From Azolla caroliniana (taxonomy: Eukaryota; Plantae; Polypodiophyta): a DNA stretch of 64,000 nucleotides. Positions 51,564-64,000 of the stretch are shown piece after piece. The notes beneath the pieces were generated by a model. That model saw nothing but the letters and a program-made list of their open reading frames with translations. It was not told the origin of the DNA and made no database searches. Position numbers and translations under genes: made by a program. The number at the start of each line of letters is the position of its first letter. The stretch's first letter is position 1. Location of the stretch: contig JBHGNT010000011.1 of assembly GCA_043228905.1 (NCBI GenBank), positions 2,046,001 to 2,110,000 of the forward strand, in the 5' to 3' direction.

Positions 51564-54206
51564 ATGGAAGCTTCTTCTTGTGATCGACCAAATGACACCA
51601 TGGAGTCTTCATCTCCATGTCCTCCTCAATCCACAGAAAGGTAGAATTTCCTCCACATCCTATTTTCCTCTTTTTGCTTTTTTCTTTTCATGCGACATGT
51701 CTGTAATCACCAAATGTATTCGTAGCTCATGCTTTAATGTCTCAAATCCAGCATTTCCATTCTCTTTCTTTAGTAGTAGCCATCTATCTCCTCAAGAGAA
51801 GAATGATATAATCTTAGCTGTTACACTAATCCTTTCCATTTTCCTTCTGTAGAAAATGGATGATACAAACTAGCTATTTATTATATATATATATATATTA
51901 ACCTTTTGGTATGTTTTTTCTCCATTTCCATTTTTCTTATCAGTAATCATCAAGCTTCCGAAAAGGATTCATCTACCATGACTATAGAGTTTCTGAGAGC
52001 GAGGTTGTTGTCGGAACGATCAGCATCAAAATCCGCCAGGCAACAAGTCCAGCAGATGTCACAACAGGTGCTTGAATTCCTTACTCTAATTGGCTTATGA
52101 TTTCTGTTATTTTGAATAGAATGTGTCTCTTCTTCTTCTAGCAAAAGGAGTCTCAATGAAACTTTGCTGAGAGACGTGAAGTTTTTCATCTAACTTCTAT
52201 CAGAGGTTAAAAGCTCTTGCTTATAGGTTTCTATGCCAATAATAGAAGGAAAAACCTTTGATTATAGTCGTTTTCCCTGTCAGAAGGAGGAAATCTCTCG
52301 ATGTTTTACCTCAAACAATTGATCTATTTACTTATAGATTTTTATAATGGATAGAAGAAACAAGTTCTTTTCTTTAGCTGCTCCTTCTCTGGCAGTAGAA
52401 AGGAAGTTCAAGTTTGTTACTACGAATTGATCTTGTTATGCATTTGATGTTTTCTTATAGTGATAGATAGAAGAGAAAGCTCTTTCTCTGCATAATTGAT
52501 GATGAAGTTTTGTTCACATTTTTTCTTTTTCTTGTAGCTTTCAAAGCTTCAGGCTCACTTAGACATGGAGATCATGCAAAGAAAGAAAGCTGAAGGTGCC
52601 ATGGAAAGGATGCTTAAATTCCTCAGTTCCAAAGGTCTTTCAGTAGATTGCCTAGAGAAAGTAGAGGAAAATTTGGAAAGCATCAAAGAGGTAGATGGCC
52701 ATGGAGCTCCCTCAGATGCATCAGGAAAGTCTATAACAAAGCATGCAGTGAATAGTACTTGTTTCCATGGCTATCACGAGGATTCACCGGGATCAGATGC
52801 TCATGATCCCAACGATAATAACCTTGTAGGTAAACCCAAGCCTTATAAATCACAACTTGATTATGAGTGTAACTTTCAAGCTAGTATGAAGCTTTCTTCA
52901 ATGAGTCCTATTGCACACATGCATCAAAATACTGAAGATTATACCAATGAATTTGCTGATAAGAAGTCACAGACAACAGATTCTACTGATTATGAAGCGA
53001 AGTATGTTCTCTTCTTTTTTGTAATTTTATTTCTGCATATACTATTTGAATTATTTTCCATCGTGTGTTTGAATGTGTTTTTTCTTAATTCTGGCACTGA
53101 TACTGCATTTTAGGCTCAACACATCATTCAAGTTGAAGTCAATGCTATATCAGATAATGGAGGAGGTCAAAACTATCCCCAAAGAACAACCAATGGAATC
53201 CATGCTTCAAGGTTTGGTGGATAATGTTATCAATCTATTCGCAGGCAAGGATGGAAATGATCTTTGTGAGAATAGTAGCAAACCTTATGATCCTGCCCAT
53301 GTAGAGAAGCTAAAGGATTATTCAAAGCATCATGAATCAATTTATTCAAAGCAGAAGTCTTCTCCATCAAGGAATGTAAATCTAAGCACGATTACAGCAT
53401 CAGAAAGATGTGTAATCAAGGGTGAAATACAAAATTCTCAAGCTCACTATGCAGCCAAAGCTAAAGGATTCGATTCTCAGCCAAAGGATGCACCACTTCA
53501 CATAAGGCAAACAATGCGAGATCCATGTAAAGAAGGAAAAATGGTGAGTTCTGATTTAACGTATGCATCTAGAATGGCATATCACCCAGATATGTCGATG
53601 CACTGTGCTATACCAGGATCCATATCGGAACAAGCAATGTTCACCAATGGCCATATCCAAAGTAGTGAATGCACAACTATCGGCGGAGCACCGTGTGTAG
53701 TTGAATCTCCACATTCAGGAATGCATTATCATCGGGCAATGAGTTATGGAGAAGGGCATGGAGCTTGGCATCATGGAAAAGGAAATGAAGGCATGGTCAA
53801 GGGTGGGATTATCCATGATATGATACCACATGGAATTCATAAACAGCAAGATGTGGTATATGGGAACTTTGGAATGCATGGAGGCTATGCTTACCATCCG
53901 GGCGGTGTGGGAGGACCTCGTTCTCTAACAGATGACAGGAATGGATCAAGGCTTGGGGATATTTTGAGTGTTTTACAAGAGGCGAGGCAATGTGTGAGAG
54001 ATCAACGATCAGAAGATCTATTGATTGGATCATCATCTTCTTCTTCATTGAGTGGAGGATACCCTCATGCAGAAAGATGCGAAGGTCTTAGGAGAAGTAG
54101 ATCGGTATCCTCGAGCTCACACTTTGCTATTCGTAGTTTCAATCAGAACAACCTCCAACCAAGAGAGGTTGATCTTGGTAATGGCATCACATTGTATACG
54201 GATTGA
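51564..54206 (+). CDS. Host gene: uncharacterised plant coiled-coil protein; exons 51564-51640, 51944-52067, 52538-53001, 53114-54206
   Basis: GT-AG introns give one continuous frame; conserved land-plant motif MTIEFLRARLLSERS.SKSARQ...QRKKAE; long low-complexity C-terminus without stops. Confidence 0.85.
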
Positions 54207-54853
54207 TCCAAAAACTCTGAAAGAGACCAAAAAAAGTACTTTATTTCTTCTCATGGCTCAGCCGTTTAACATTCTCTTCTAACGCTGCAGGGTTTGTAGA
54301 AATTGCAAGATCTATGATCTATCCCCATAGCTTCATATAAAATTTTGCCAATCATTCGACCGGCCGTTCCCACAACAATTGTGATCTATCTATCAATACT
54401 ATCATAGATGGCATATCGTTGCTTCCGAACTTCCTATAAATGGGGATCATCTTAGCCGATATTTCATGTACATATTTAATCTCTAGGAAAGCTTTGACAA
54501 TCAGAATTTAATCCTATTCTGAAAAGATGGAGTTATGAAGGGAAGCATTAATCAAGAATGATATGAAGCCTTGGCTCAATTACATTGTGCTATTCATTCC
54601 CAATTACTTGTATTAGATATTGGATGCAAAAATGATGAACCACAGAAGCACACTGGCACTTTTGTCTACTGATACATTAAGATGATCATTAGTAGCATTA
54701 TTTTTTGTAGATGAATAATAATTAGAACTTGTTTTACCCCACCTTGGTAAAGCAAGTAAAGGGCACACCAATAATAAGGAGCCTAATTGAGCCTTAGGTG
54801 AGAGAGCCAATGTCCACAGGTGTGAAAAGGGGAAATCCAACGTCTTAATCTAA

Positions 54854-54903
<50 letters not shown>

Positions 54904-56218
54904 ATATCAGATTAATCGTCAACTATGAATATAGCACTTTCATGCAATGCTCAAAGTTCAAGTTTTGCTTTCCACACATTGTTAAATTAGTCCACCAATC
55001 CCTACACACAATGCACCCTTGATTGCAATGCCCATTAGTAAAATCCTCACTCCTAGAGTCACCACTAGATTAACCAACAAAATGTGTGAAAATATTTCTC
55101 TTTTGGTCCATTATGTCATTTTGAATACCAAGGCCAACTCTCTCCCTCCCTCTCTCTTTGTATTTTTTTCTGAATTTTTTTCATTGGGTTCTCTCTGCTT
55201 TGTGTAGGAAAGTTCAATAGATTTAAATACCACTAGAATTTTCTCTTCGTTTATTGATGTGATTATTGCAATGCATTCCCAACACAATTTGGTATTGGTA
55301 CTCTTTATAACAATTAAAGTATTGCAAAATGTTTATTTCATCAAATGTCCTTATCTTTCTATTTCGTTTAGAGCTGTTTGAGGATACATACATTTCCATT
55401 CTGTTCATTTTTATTTTTCTTTGCATGAACAACATGGTCATATTAGAAAATGCTTGATACATATTGGTGCCATAATTTTTGAGCATGAACAAAGCAACGT
55501 TGTGACCACACACTTTTGAATCAAGAAAGCATACATAACCCTTTATGGGAATCTAAACTTACATACTTGGTGGGTTTCAATACTTATTGTGAAAAGAGAA
55601 AACTTCATCTGCCACCAAAAGTTCTCTTTCATAGATTCCACAACATGCACAACATAAAGTTTTTGACCTTATAATGTAACAATAATGACGAGGTCAGTCC
55701 AAAGTATTTTATAATCAAGATTCCCTACCAAAGGCTTTTGGAAGGTATATATAATAAAGCTAGAGGGCTTAAAGAGAAAAAAAAACTGAAAGTTGAGAAG
55801 AACCATTGGCAATAAAGCTTTATTGCTTGCCCGCAATGTGGATTCACATGCATAGCAAGTTGAATCAATGAGAAAGGTCGCGATTTTCTATGTGGCCACA
55901 CTTTGATATTCGAACATTAGAACAAGAAATGCCATCTTTTATTCAATTCATGGGCATCGGATCGCCTTCATTCCTTTAGTAACTGCTCCCAACATTCATC
56001 ACCTTCATTGAAAAAGTGGTTTTAGCATGCCACTTATGGTGCCAAGCTCTTTTTACAAACTATGGTGATTTATAGGCTAAGTAAGATCCTTGGCCCACTA
56101 CATTTTAATAGCTTTATGATTCAAAGTCCCACTACATCAGCTTTATGATCCAAACTCCCACTAAATCTTAATAACTATAATAACTAGAATCATCTTAATA
56201 TAAAATGTAAAAACTACA

Positions 56219-59200
56219 TGTTAATAATTAGGTAATTAACTAGGGTTAATTCTTGACTAATTATGTGAGTAGTTAAGCAGCGGAAGGTTATGTGATATGT
56301 GTGTATGTGTAAGAGAGGAAGAGAGAGAGGAAGATACATTTATGAACAATAATATCAATGGGGGATGATTAACGATAGTGTATATTAAAAAACATCTCAT
56401 GTGCCTTTGCACATGTGTGAGTAGAATATAGGTACAAAGGTGTAAGTCCTATATTAAATGAATATGGGAGTGGCGGATCTACAATGTATCCCACTCAGGT
56501 GCAAAATCCTATTTAAGGCTTTAAGGTCCACCCACTAACTAGATTCTATCTAGGTAACGACTAAGTTACGTGTGTTGACTAACTAACTAAATCTAGCTGA
56601 GCTTGATATCTCAACACGCCCCCTCAAGCTCTAGTGTGAGGTGTCTGACATCCGATTCTACTTTCGGCGTTGTCTAGCTTTTGATGTTTGCTTCTGTTCG
56701 ACTTTTGACGTTGGCATTTTCGTGGTAGTTTCGGTTCCTCCCCCTCAAGCCTATGACAAAGGCTTGGGTCAAATGCTTTCACCCATCGTGGGTCACAGGC
56801 CACTTCTACAAAGCTCTTGGGCTCTTGTTTGGTTGCTACCTTCATCGCGAAGGCATAATGATGGGCTATATACTCGTTGTAGCCGAGCCGAGTGACGAGG
56901 TTCTTTTCTCTAGATGAGCGTCAAAGTTTTTCGCTCGCCGATGGGAGCGCCTTTTTTACTCCGGGTGTCCGCATGATGGGTACACCAAACTCATTGTCTA
57001 CTGAGTGAGCCGACACATTCGAATCACTATCGTCGGGGTGGTCGACTTTGTATTTGGGCATCTTACCTTTGCCTTTGTCCGATTTCGGACTTGGCCGCGA
57101 CGTGCTTTGGTCGTTTGAAGGCTTGGGTGGTCCACTTAGCTCGGTAGAGCTTGGATGGTCCTTTAATGAAGGACTTGGCCGAATATCGTCCTCTGAGTTG
57201 ACGTTCAACTCTTCCTTGATCAGGGTCGGGTGGAGCCGAATCGGGCTTATACCAAGATGCCGATTCGTCGAAGACTACATCTCGACTCACCCGAACTGCT
57301 TGGGTCAAAGGGTTATAGCACTTGTATGCCTTTTTCTTGGACAAGTATCCTACGAGGATACATTTCTCTGACTTCGCGTCGGGCTTCTGTCGGTTTTCGT
57401 TTGGGATGCATACACATTCGCAATGCTTTCGAACACTTTGAGGTGTGACAGGATTGACTTCCTTTCGACAAGGAGCTCGTATGGAGTTAGATCATGTACT
57501 CCATTAGTGGTGCATCGATTCATGAGATAGTCGGCCGTGGATGCCGCTTCAGCCCAATAGAAGTTCTGCATGTGCTTCTCATGCATCATGGCGCGTGCTA
57601 CCTCGAATATGTGCCGATTCTTCCTTTCGGCTACTCCATTTTGTTGGGGTGTGTGTGGGCATGAGAATTATCTCCGGATGCCTTGGAAGTAGGAGATGCA
57701 TTTGTCATAGAAGTACTCCTTGCCTCCATCCGATCGTAGGCATCGAATGTGTCAAGAGGTTTCTTTTTCAACTTGGCCCTTGAGCTTTTGGAAGTCGGAG
57801 AGAACTTTTCTCTTCTTCATCATCGGGAAGATCCACGTGTAGTGGGAGTAGTCATCGATGAAGGTGACATAGTATCGGCATTTGAGCCGGTTCCCATACA
57901 TCCAAATGTATGACGTCAAGGAGGCCTTTGCTTACATAGGTCTCCTTCGGGAATGGGAGTCGATGTTGTTTGCTGAGTTGACATGCTTCACACACTCGGT
58001 CGACTCGTTTTGAATCGAAGGTCGGAAGTCCGATGATGACTCCCTTTGATTGCATTGCTCAACGCCATTGGAGGTTGATGTGGTTGATTCTTTTGTGCCA
58101 CAACTCGATGCTTGTCTCAGTGTGACCTTTGGCATACATGGCCTATTTCACCTCGTTCGAATCGAGGATGAACCTTCGACCGTCTCTCCATCCTTTACCT
58201 ATGAGTTGGCCATCTTTCTCAATGAAGCATCCTTCATTGTTGAAACGAACTTGCATGCCTTGCTCCACGATTTGGCCAACCGAGACCGAATTCTTTGTTA
58301 TTGTGGACACGTGCAAGTCATTCTTGATGCAAGTTTGTTTGCCTTCTTTCCCGAATGGGACATTGTCGATGTGTCGAATGGGATGTATGGTGTCATCTCT
58401 CATCTCTATGAAGCTAGGTCAATCCGGTGTTCTTAAGTCAGGAAACCACGCGTGGTGTGACATCATATGATGTGAGGTGCCGGAGTCGACGAACCACACG
58501 TCTTCCGAGTTGGAGGTGCTTATGGAGTCGGAGGCCATCATAGAGTTCACTCTATGTCTAATTACGAATAGTCCATCGTAGTCGTCGTATTCGTAGTTGG
58601 TTGTGTAGTTTGTGAGTTGTCGGCTTGTCGAAGCCGACTCACTTCTCTTCTTCGGACACTCCTCTTCGCGGTGGCCAATTTCGCCGCAATAGTTGCAAGT
58701 AATGGGCCACGTTTGCTGACCTTGTTCAGCATGGAAGCACCCCCTTCTTTTGAAGGTTCCTTGATGGCTTCCGTCTTGTTGTCGAAGGTTTGGGTCGAAT
58801 CGACCTCTTCTACCGCCTCGACCTCGTCCTCGACCACCATCCGAATTCGAGAAGAACATTTGTCCTTCCGACGTCTTGGTCTTGGTTCGGACATGGTTCT
58901 CTTCAACCAATAGCATTGATTGAAGGTCGAAGAACGAAGGAGGGTTTTCCCTTGCCAAAATTGTCGTTCTTGACGAGTCGAATCATTGTGCGAGGCCGCC
59001 CAAGCATACTTGAACCATCTCGTCTTCGTCGACGTTTATGTTGATTGAGCCAACCAAGTCACAAATGCTCGTGATCTTGGCGGTATAGTCAAACACGAAC
59101 ATATCTTTTTGTCGAATGTTGTTCAACTCTTGTCGGAGTTGAAGCTTGCGGGCGGTCGTGTTGGCGGCGAACATCTTCTTCAAGTACTCCCATACCTCTT

Positions 59201-59614
59201 TAGGCATCTTGGCATCTCCAATGTGGCTAAACATGTGATCGTGGACACATGTTGCCAAGAAATACATACCCTACTCTTCTTATAGTGCTTCTTATAGTGA
59301 TAGTTGGAGTCTATTGGATCCCGTGTTTTTTCCCTATTAGGGTTTTCCACGTTAACATCCCGTGTTTGTCTTATTTGTATTTTCTGTATTCTTCCATTGA
59401 GTGATTAAGACTCGGTTGTGGTCGAGTGCTATTCCGCACAGTAAATCCTATATTAAATGAACATGGGTGTGGAGGATCTACAATGTATCCCACTCAAGTG
59501 CAAAATCCTATTTAAGACTTTAAGGTTAATACACTAACTAGGTTCTATCTAGGTAACGACTAAGTTATGTATGTGACTAACTAACTAAATCTAGTTGAGC
59601 TTGATATCTCAGCA
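56219..59614 (-). mobile_element. Internally deleted copia element (gag, PR, INT; RT/RH lost)
   Basis: LTR 56219-56616 and partial LTR 59441-59614; perfect TSD CTACA; PPT TTGAGGGGGCG; CNYCGEIGH, WFVDSGTSHHM and YWAEAASTA motifs. Confidence 0.92.
59270..59440 (+). mobile_element. 3' fragment of another copia-type LTR replacing part of the 5' LTR and PBS
   Basis: GGTTTTCCACGTTAA and CTCGGTTGTGGTCGAG shared with 30930-31077. Confidence 0.7.
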
Positions 59615-60859
59615 CTACAAATAATGCAAAGACATGCTAACATGGGATCTCAAATATGAAGATGTTATGTAGACACCAAACATGCCACAACCCTGAATAC
59701 CTCAAGAAAATCCAATGAAGAGAAACATGAGTTGACCTATGAGAAGTCTTATTTGGAATTGGCATTTTGAAACCCCAACTATAGAACCCCACATTGTACA
59801 AATATATCAATTTAATAGAGTGATGCATCCTATGTTCTAGTTACACTATGCAAAAGAAATACAATCTAGCACCATTATTTTGATTTCTAGAGAGTGGTTC
59901 TCAAACTACTCAAATAATGCTAGCTCAGTTCAATTGGGCAATGCATAGGAGAGCCAAATAGTTGCAATCCCCATTTAGTTTCGGAATAGAAGTATGATCA
60001 CCATGCAACAAATTTCCCACATGCTCAATGTAAAGAGGATCTTGATCTCAATCAACATGTTGCTAAAGAAAGGTATAAGAGGACACTTACCAAGTCATCA
60101 TGACACATCTTGAAAGGCAATTTCATAACACTATGGTGGTACAACAACTATACCCGCTTGTAGTGATCGGCCATAGTTGCGATGCTAGAATTGACGTTGT
60201 GGCATGATTGGCTAGCTAACATGCCACAATTTGAGCTTAAACAATTATCAACACTTACGAACTACATCTTGATCTTCAACATGTAGAAACTTATTTATAT
60301 GATAAATATCAATTGGGGAAATTGTCACGGATGAAGAATTGAAGATAAAGAGATGGGGAAGTTGATGAGATAGGGAGATCGAGAAGTTGATGACAATGAG
60401 TAAAAGTATCTATTCCATGATCGGTGTTGATCTTCTTGATGTTAACAAGGGAGATCAACCCTTTTTATACATGTAGTGAGGCATGATAAGCATGCTCATG
60501 CCAAGTCTTACATACTATAATATCAAGCATACTAAGTCTTGCATGCCAAGTCTTACATACTGAGTCTTACATACCACTCTTTATACAAAGGTTTGAAGTC
60601 TAAAGTTTGTCTACGAGAAATATATATATACAAGGGCCTAAGGTTCACATTCGAGTTGATGTTCATGACAGAAATAGGTCTGGAATTTGCACTCAACATA
60701 TTACGAGGCGGTACACAAACCATTAGAGCTATTTTGCATCAACATCTTCTAGAAAATGCTAGAAAGATCTCTAAGAAGTGCCTAATTATTCATCACCTTC
60801 GTCAATGATGCTACCTAGAAAACATTGGCTTACTCAATCAAGTCCAATATAGAAGTGCT

Positions 60860-60965
60860 CCAAAATAGTCTAGATCTTCATTCGGTGGCATATTGAGGTC
60901 GAACTCATACCAAACACAAGCTAAAAATCCTTTGATCAGATAACAAAGGTGAATATACCTCCCAA
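60860..60965 (+). pseudogene. Highly decayed copia integrase remnant
   Basis: IL*SDNKGEYTS motif. Confidence 0.45.
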
Positions 60966-61098
60966 GCCTTACCCATGTACATGTTCGACAAAGGGATTCA
61001 TCTTTAATGGATAGTTCCCTACACCAGATGTAGAATGATGGATTGAATGAATGAACCCGACTCCAATAGAGAGTGATGATAATGCTTCAATATATTGG

Positions 61099-61860
61099 TG
61101 TCGTGATGTGGTGTTCCTAGAGTAAAAAGGGGGAGAAAAGGGCAGTAAATGGATAGCACATAAATTTATAAGAATAATTAAGTGTGAAAAATTATAAAAA
61201 GTTAATGGATTAATGGTTAAGGCTAGTGACTGTTGGGAGGTGTAGGGTTTGAATCCTAACATGTATGTGTGTGGGAAATATGCCTTTTTTTGTATTTTGA
61301 AGAAAAAGAAGGAATGTGAATTTATTATGGTGGGTAGGCTCTCCTCTCACTATAAAAGAGGGGATTGAGCGCTTATTTTAGGGAAATTGGATTTTTTTGG
61401 GGTTTAGGTGTTTTTTGGAGAACTTGTCTTTTTCTTTTTCTTTCGTTTTAGGGTTTGGGATTTCTCTTTACTTTATTTTAGGGTTTTCTTTTCTCTTCTT
61501 CACTTTTATGGTTTTTGGATGTTGGGTTATTTTATTAAAAGTCTTCTTGCTTAGAAGAGGGATAGAAGCGACAAGAAAGGACGCAGTCAAAGAGGAGGAT
61601 GCAAACAAGGGTGTAGAAAGCTAGATGACAAAATGGGAGGTGATAATTGTTTGTGAGCTTAGGACACCGAAACTCAAAGACCTTCCTAGATCATTCTCTC
61701 TTTCTATTGTAAACATCACCATTATTATACCCTATGTTAAGAGGTTTCTTCATTGTAATTGAGCGATGAACATAGTTCTTAATTTATTTTTCATGGAAAC
61801 AATTTTTGTTAGTGTTAATCTCATTAAATTCAGTTATGTAAACATGTTGTGTGGCGTTGT
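61099..61860 (+). mobile_element. Probable truncated LTR starting TGTCGTG, with a tRNA-like cassette (61205-61262) and TATA (~61351)
   Basis: Same left terminus as the other TGTCGTG elements; right end not found. Confidence 0.45.
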
Positions 61861-62424
61861 TGTAAGAGAGTGCTCATAGGGGTTGATTCTACAAGAGCCC
61901 ATGGGAATCCATGAGTGCCCATTCAATTGCCCAAGTGCCCATTCATTTGGCGAGAGCCCATTTGATTGCACAAGCGCTTGTTCATAGCCATGTGCCAACT
62001 CATTCCACAAGAGCCCTTTCATCCCATGAGAGCCCCAAGGACTCCTTGAGCACCCATTCATAGTATGTATGCTAGCTCATTCCATGAGAGCCCCTTGGAT
62101 TCTCTGAGTGCCTATTTATAGCACATGCATCAACTCATTTCCTGAGAGCCATTGCATCCATTAGATCCCTGTGAAATCCATGAGCGCCCATTTATTCCAT
62201 GAGCGTCTTGATTCCACACCATCCTTACATTACACAAAGGTTTTCCATGAAAGGGGAATTACCCAAGGGCATTTCATGAGAGCAACCCATGAAGGAAGCA
62301 CACGAAAGTTCGTCCACTTAAGAAATGCATGAAGGATTTTGAGAACTTCTAAGGTCATTGCATCAGCTTGGTTTAGGTCCCCCATGATCCATCTCGAATA
62401 TCACACGCATGCGCAAGTTTACGT

Positions 62425-63539
62425 TGTCATGAAGATCCTTCACTACGTGTGGATCGTGAGGCGGAACCGCTAGGGTTCTGGACCGGAAGGATTTGAAGTT
62501 TGCACAAGCTTTAGTGAGAAAGTATTTAAGATAAATTGAAAGAGAGAGAGAACTTGAGATAAGAAAGAATGCTTGACTTTAGATTGAGAGACATTAAGAT
62601 TGAACTCTTGACTTTAGATTTGAAGAACAAGATTGATACATCAATTAGATAACAAATTTCTTACTTTTAATTTCTTGATTAATACCTCGCTTCCTTTTTG
62701 TCTTTTTCAACCACTCTTTTATAGATGCCCCATGCATATGATGCATGTGAGGCTACAAGACATGCATACAATGCAGGGAATGCATGTGATGCATGTTTGC
62801 CATTTGGCCCTCATGCATTAAATGTGATGCATGATAACCATGTCACTCAATCAAGCTCTAATATGAGAATTTACATGTAAAAGTATAATGATAGAAAAAA
62901 ACATTTTTAAGCAAATGATTTAGCTTAGTGGTAAGTCTACTACCTCCTATCTTGGGGGTGCAAGGTTCAAGCCTTGCTTGCATCCCTTTGATTACAAATT
63001 TCTAATTGGTTTAGTCTAGATGATTTTGTTTGTTTCACACTGAAATCGTCGCGATTAACCAATCCGATCGATCCGTTCCGCTTCCGACCCAGTGATCCGG
63101 TCTATCTGGTCCAGTCCCGGTTTGATCGCCGTCGCCGTCCGTCCGTCCGGTCACCCAAAACAATTACAAGTAGTTAAGCGACAGTTTAGCCCAAGAACAT
63201 TCTATGTTCCACTCATAGACAAAAAGTAATAAGTTCTGGCTTTGCTGATATAATGTGGGATCTTGATTTGTCCTATATATGTGGGATATCTCATAGTTTT
63301 GTTTTTCTCTTCTTCTTCTCAAACTTCACATTCGCATAACGTGACATTTATTTGTCCGTTTCAAATGTAGTAAAGTACATTCAGATGCTCTTGAAGACCT
63401 CCATATTCCCGTACCAAGATATTAAGCTAATCTAAAATAGTATCTTTACTATCATTGTTTCATGTCTTGTGTGAAGAACCACACTCGATTTTGGACATTC
63501 CTCGCAATTTTCACACCGTTGCTGAAAATCTTCACGACA
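62425..63539 (-). mobile_element. Solo LTR TGTCATG...CACGACA with perfect 4-bp TSD ACGT
   Basis: Empty-site copy TTTACGTGACACTACAAATG at ~63735 confirms the duplication; TATA on the minus strand at ~62720. Confidence 0.9.
62912..62985 (+). other. tRNA-like cassette in the solo LTR
   Basis: A box TAGCTTAGTGG; T-arm-like GCAAGG-TTCAAG-CCTTGC with a perfect 6-bp stem. Confidence 0.7.
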
Positions 63540-64000
63540 ACGTGACACTACAAATGATAGTGTCAAACAAAGACACTACAAACAATAGCATACATGATCA
63601 ACCTATTGTCCTCGAAGCCCACGAAAGTTCGTCCACTTAAGAAATGCATGAAGGATTTTGAGAACTTCTAAGGTCATTGCATCGGCTTGGTTTAGGTCCC
63701 CCATGATCTTGCTCAAATATCATGTGCACACACATTTACGTGACACTACAAATGATAGTGTCAAACAAAGGCACTACATACGATAGCATAAATGATCAAC
63801 CTATTGCCCTCGAAGCCCATGAAGCTACAAGTACTACATGTACTACAATTTGGGAAAAAAACCAACTTTGCATGTTAAGAATATGCACTTATGTTGGCGG
63901 AGCAACAACAAGAACTATTCCCTTGGTCAATGTAATGCATTTTCTCAACTATGACCTCAACAGACAATTTCAGTACCAATTATGGGACCTAGAGCAATAG

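Larger units (their letters stand above)
62302..63820 (+). repeat. ~200-bp tandem duplication, first copy split by the solo LTR
   Basis: CACGAAAGTTCGTCCACTTAAGAAATGCATG at ~62302 and 63620; GACACTACAAATGATAGTG at 63544 and 63742. Confidence 0.85.

Noticed and set aside
61861-62229. Possible solo LTR TGTAAG...CTTACA with GAGCCC repeats
   Set aside because: No convincing TSD and no second copy in the window.

Overview
Eukaryotic, land-plant nuclear DNA. The transposon lineages and the density of nested insertions suggest a large-genome, probably seed-free plant such as a fern (inference). Most of the window is nested, mutated transposons: four Ty3/gypsy elements or remnants (including a Tcn1/Tf1-like chromovirus), several Ty1/copia remnants, many solo or truncated LTRs, and three hAT DNA elements. 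One apparently intact four-exon host gene (51564-54206) encodes an uncharacterised plant coiled-coil protein. Main observations: (1) a set of TGTCRYG...CWCGACA LTR elements with 4-bp, CG-centred target duplications; (2) tRNA-like Pol III cassettes placed divergently 150-200 bp upstream of the TATA box in three different LTRs, plus an array of them in a hAT element; (3) a Pack-hAT carrying intron-containing XRN exoribonuclease exons and a CNNM/DUF21 exon; (4) a gypsy region whose LTR and PBS point opposite to all its ORFs; (5) a Tf1-type self-priming site; (6) a heat-shock-element cluster upstream of the host gene. Protein family calls come from motifs recognised by eye, not from database searches.
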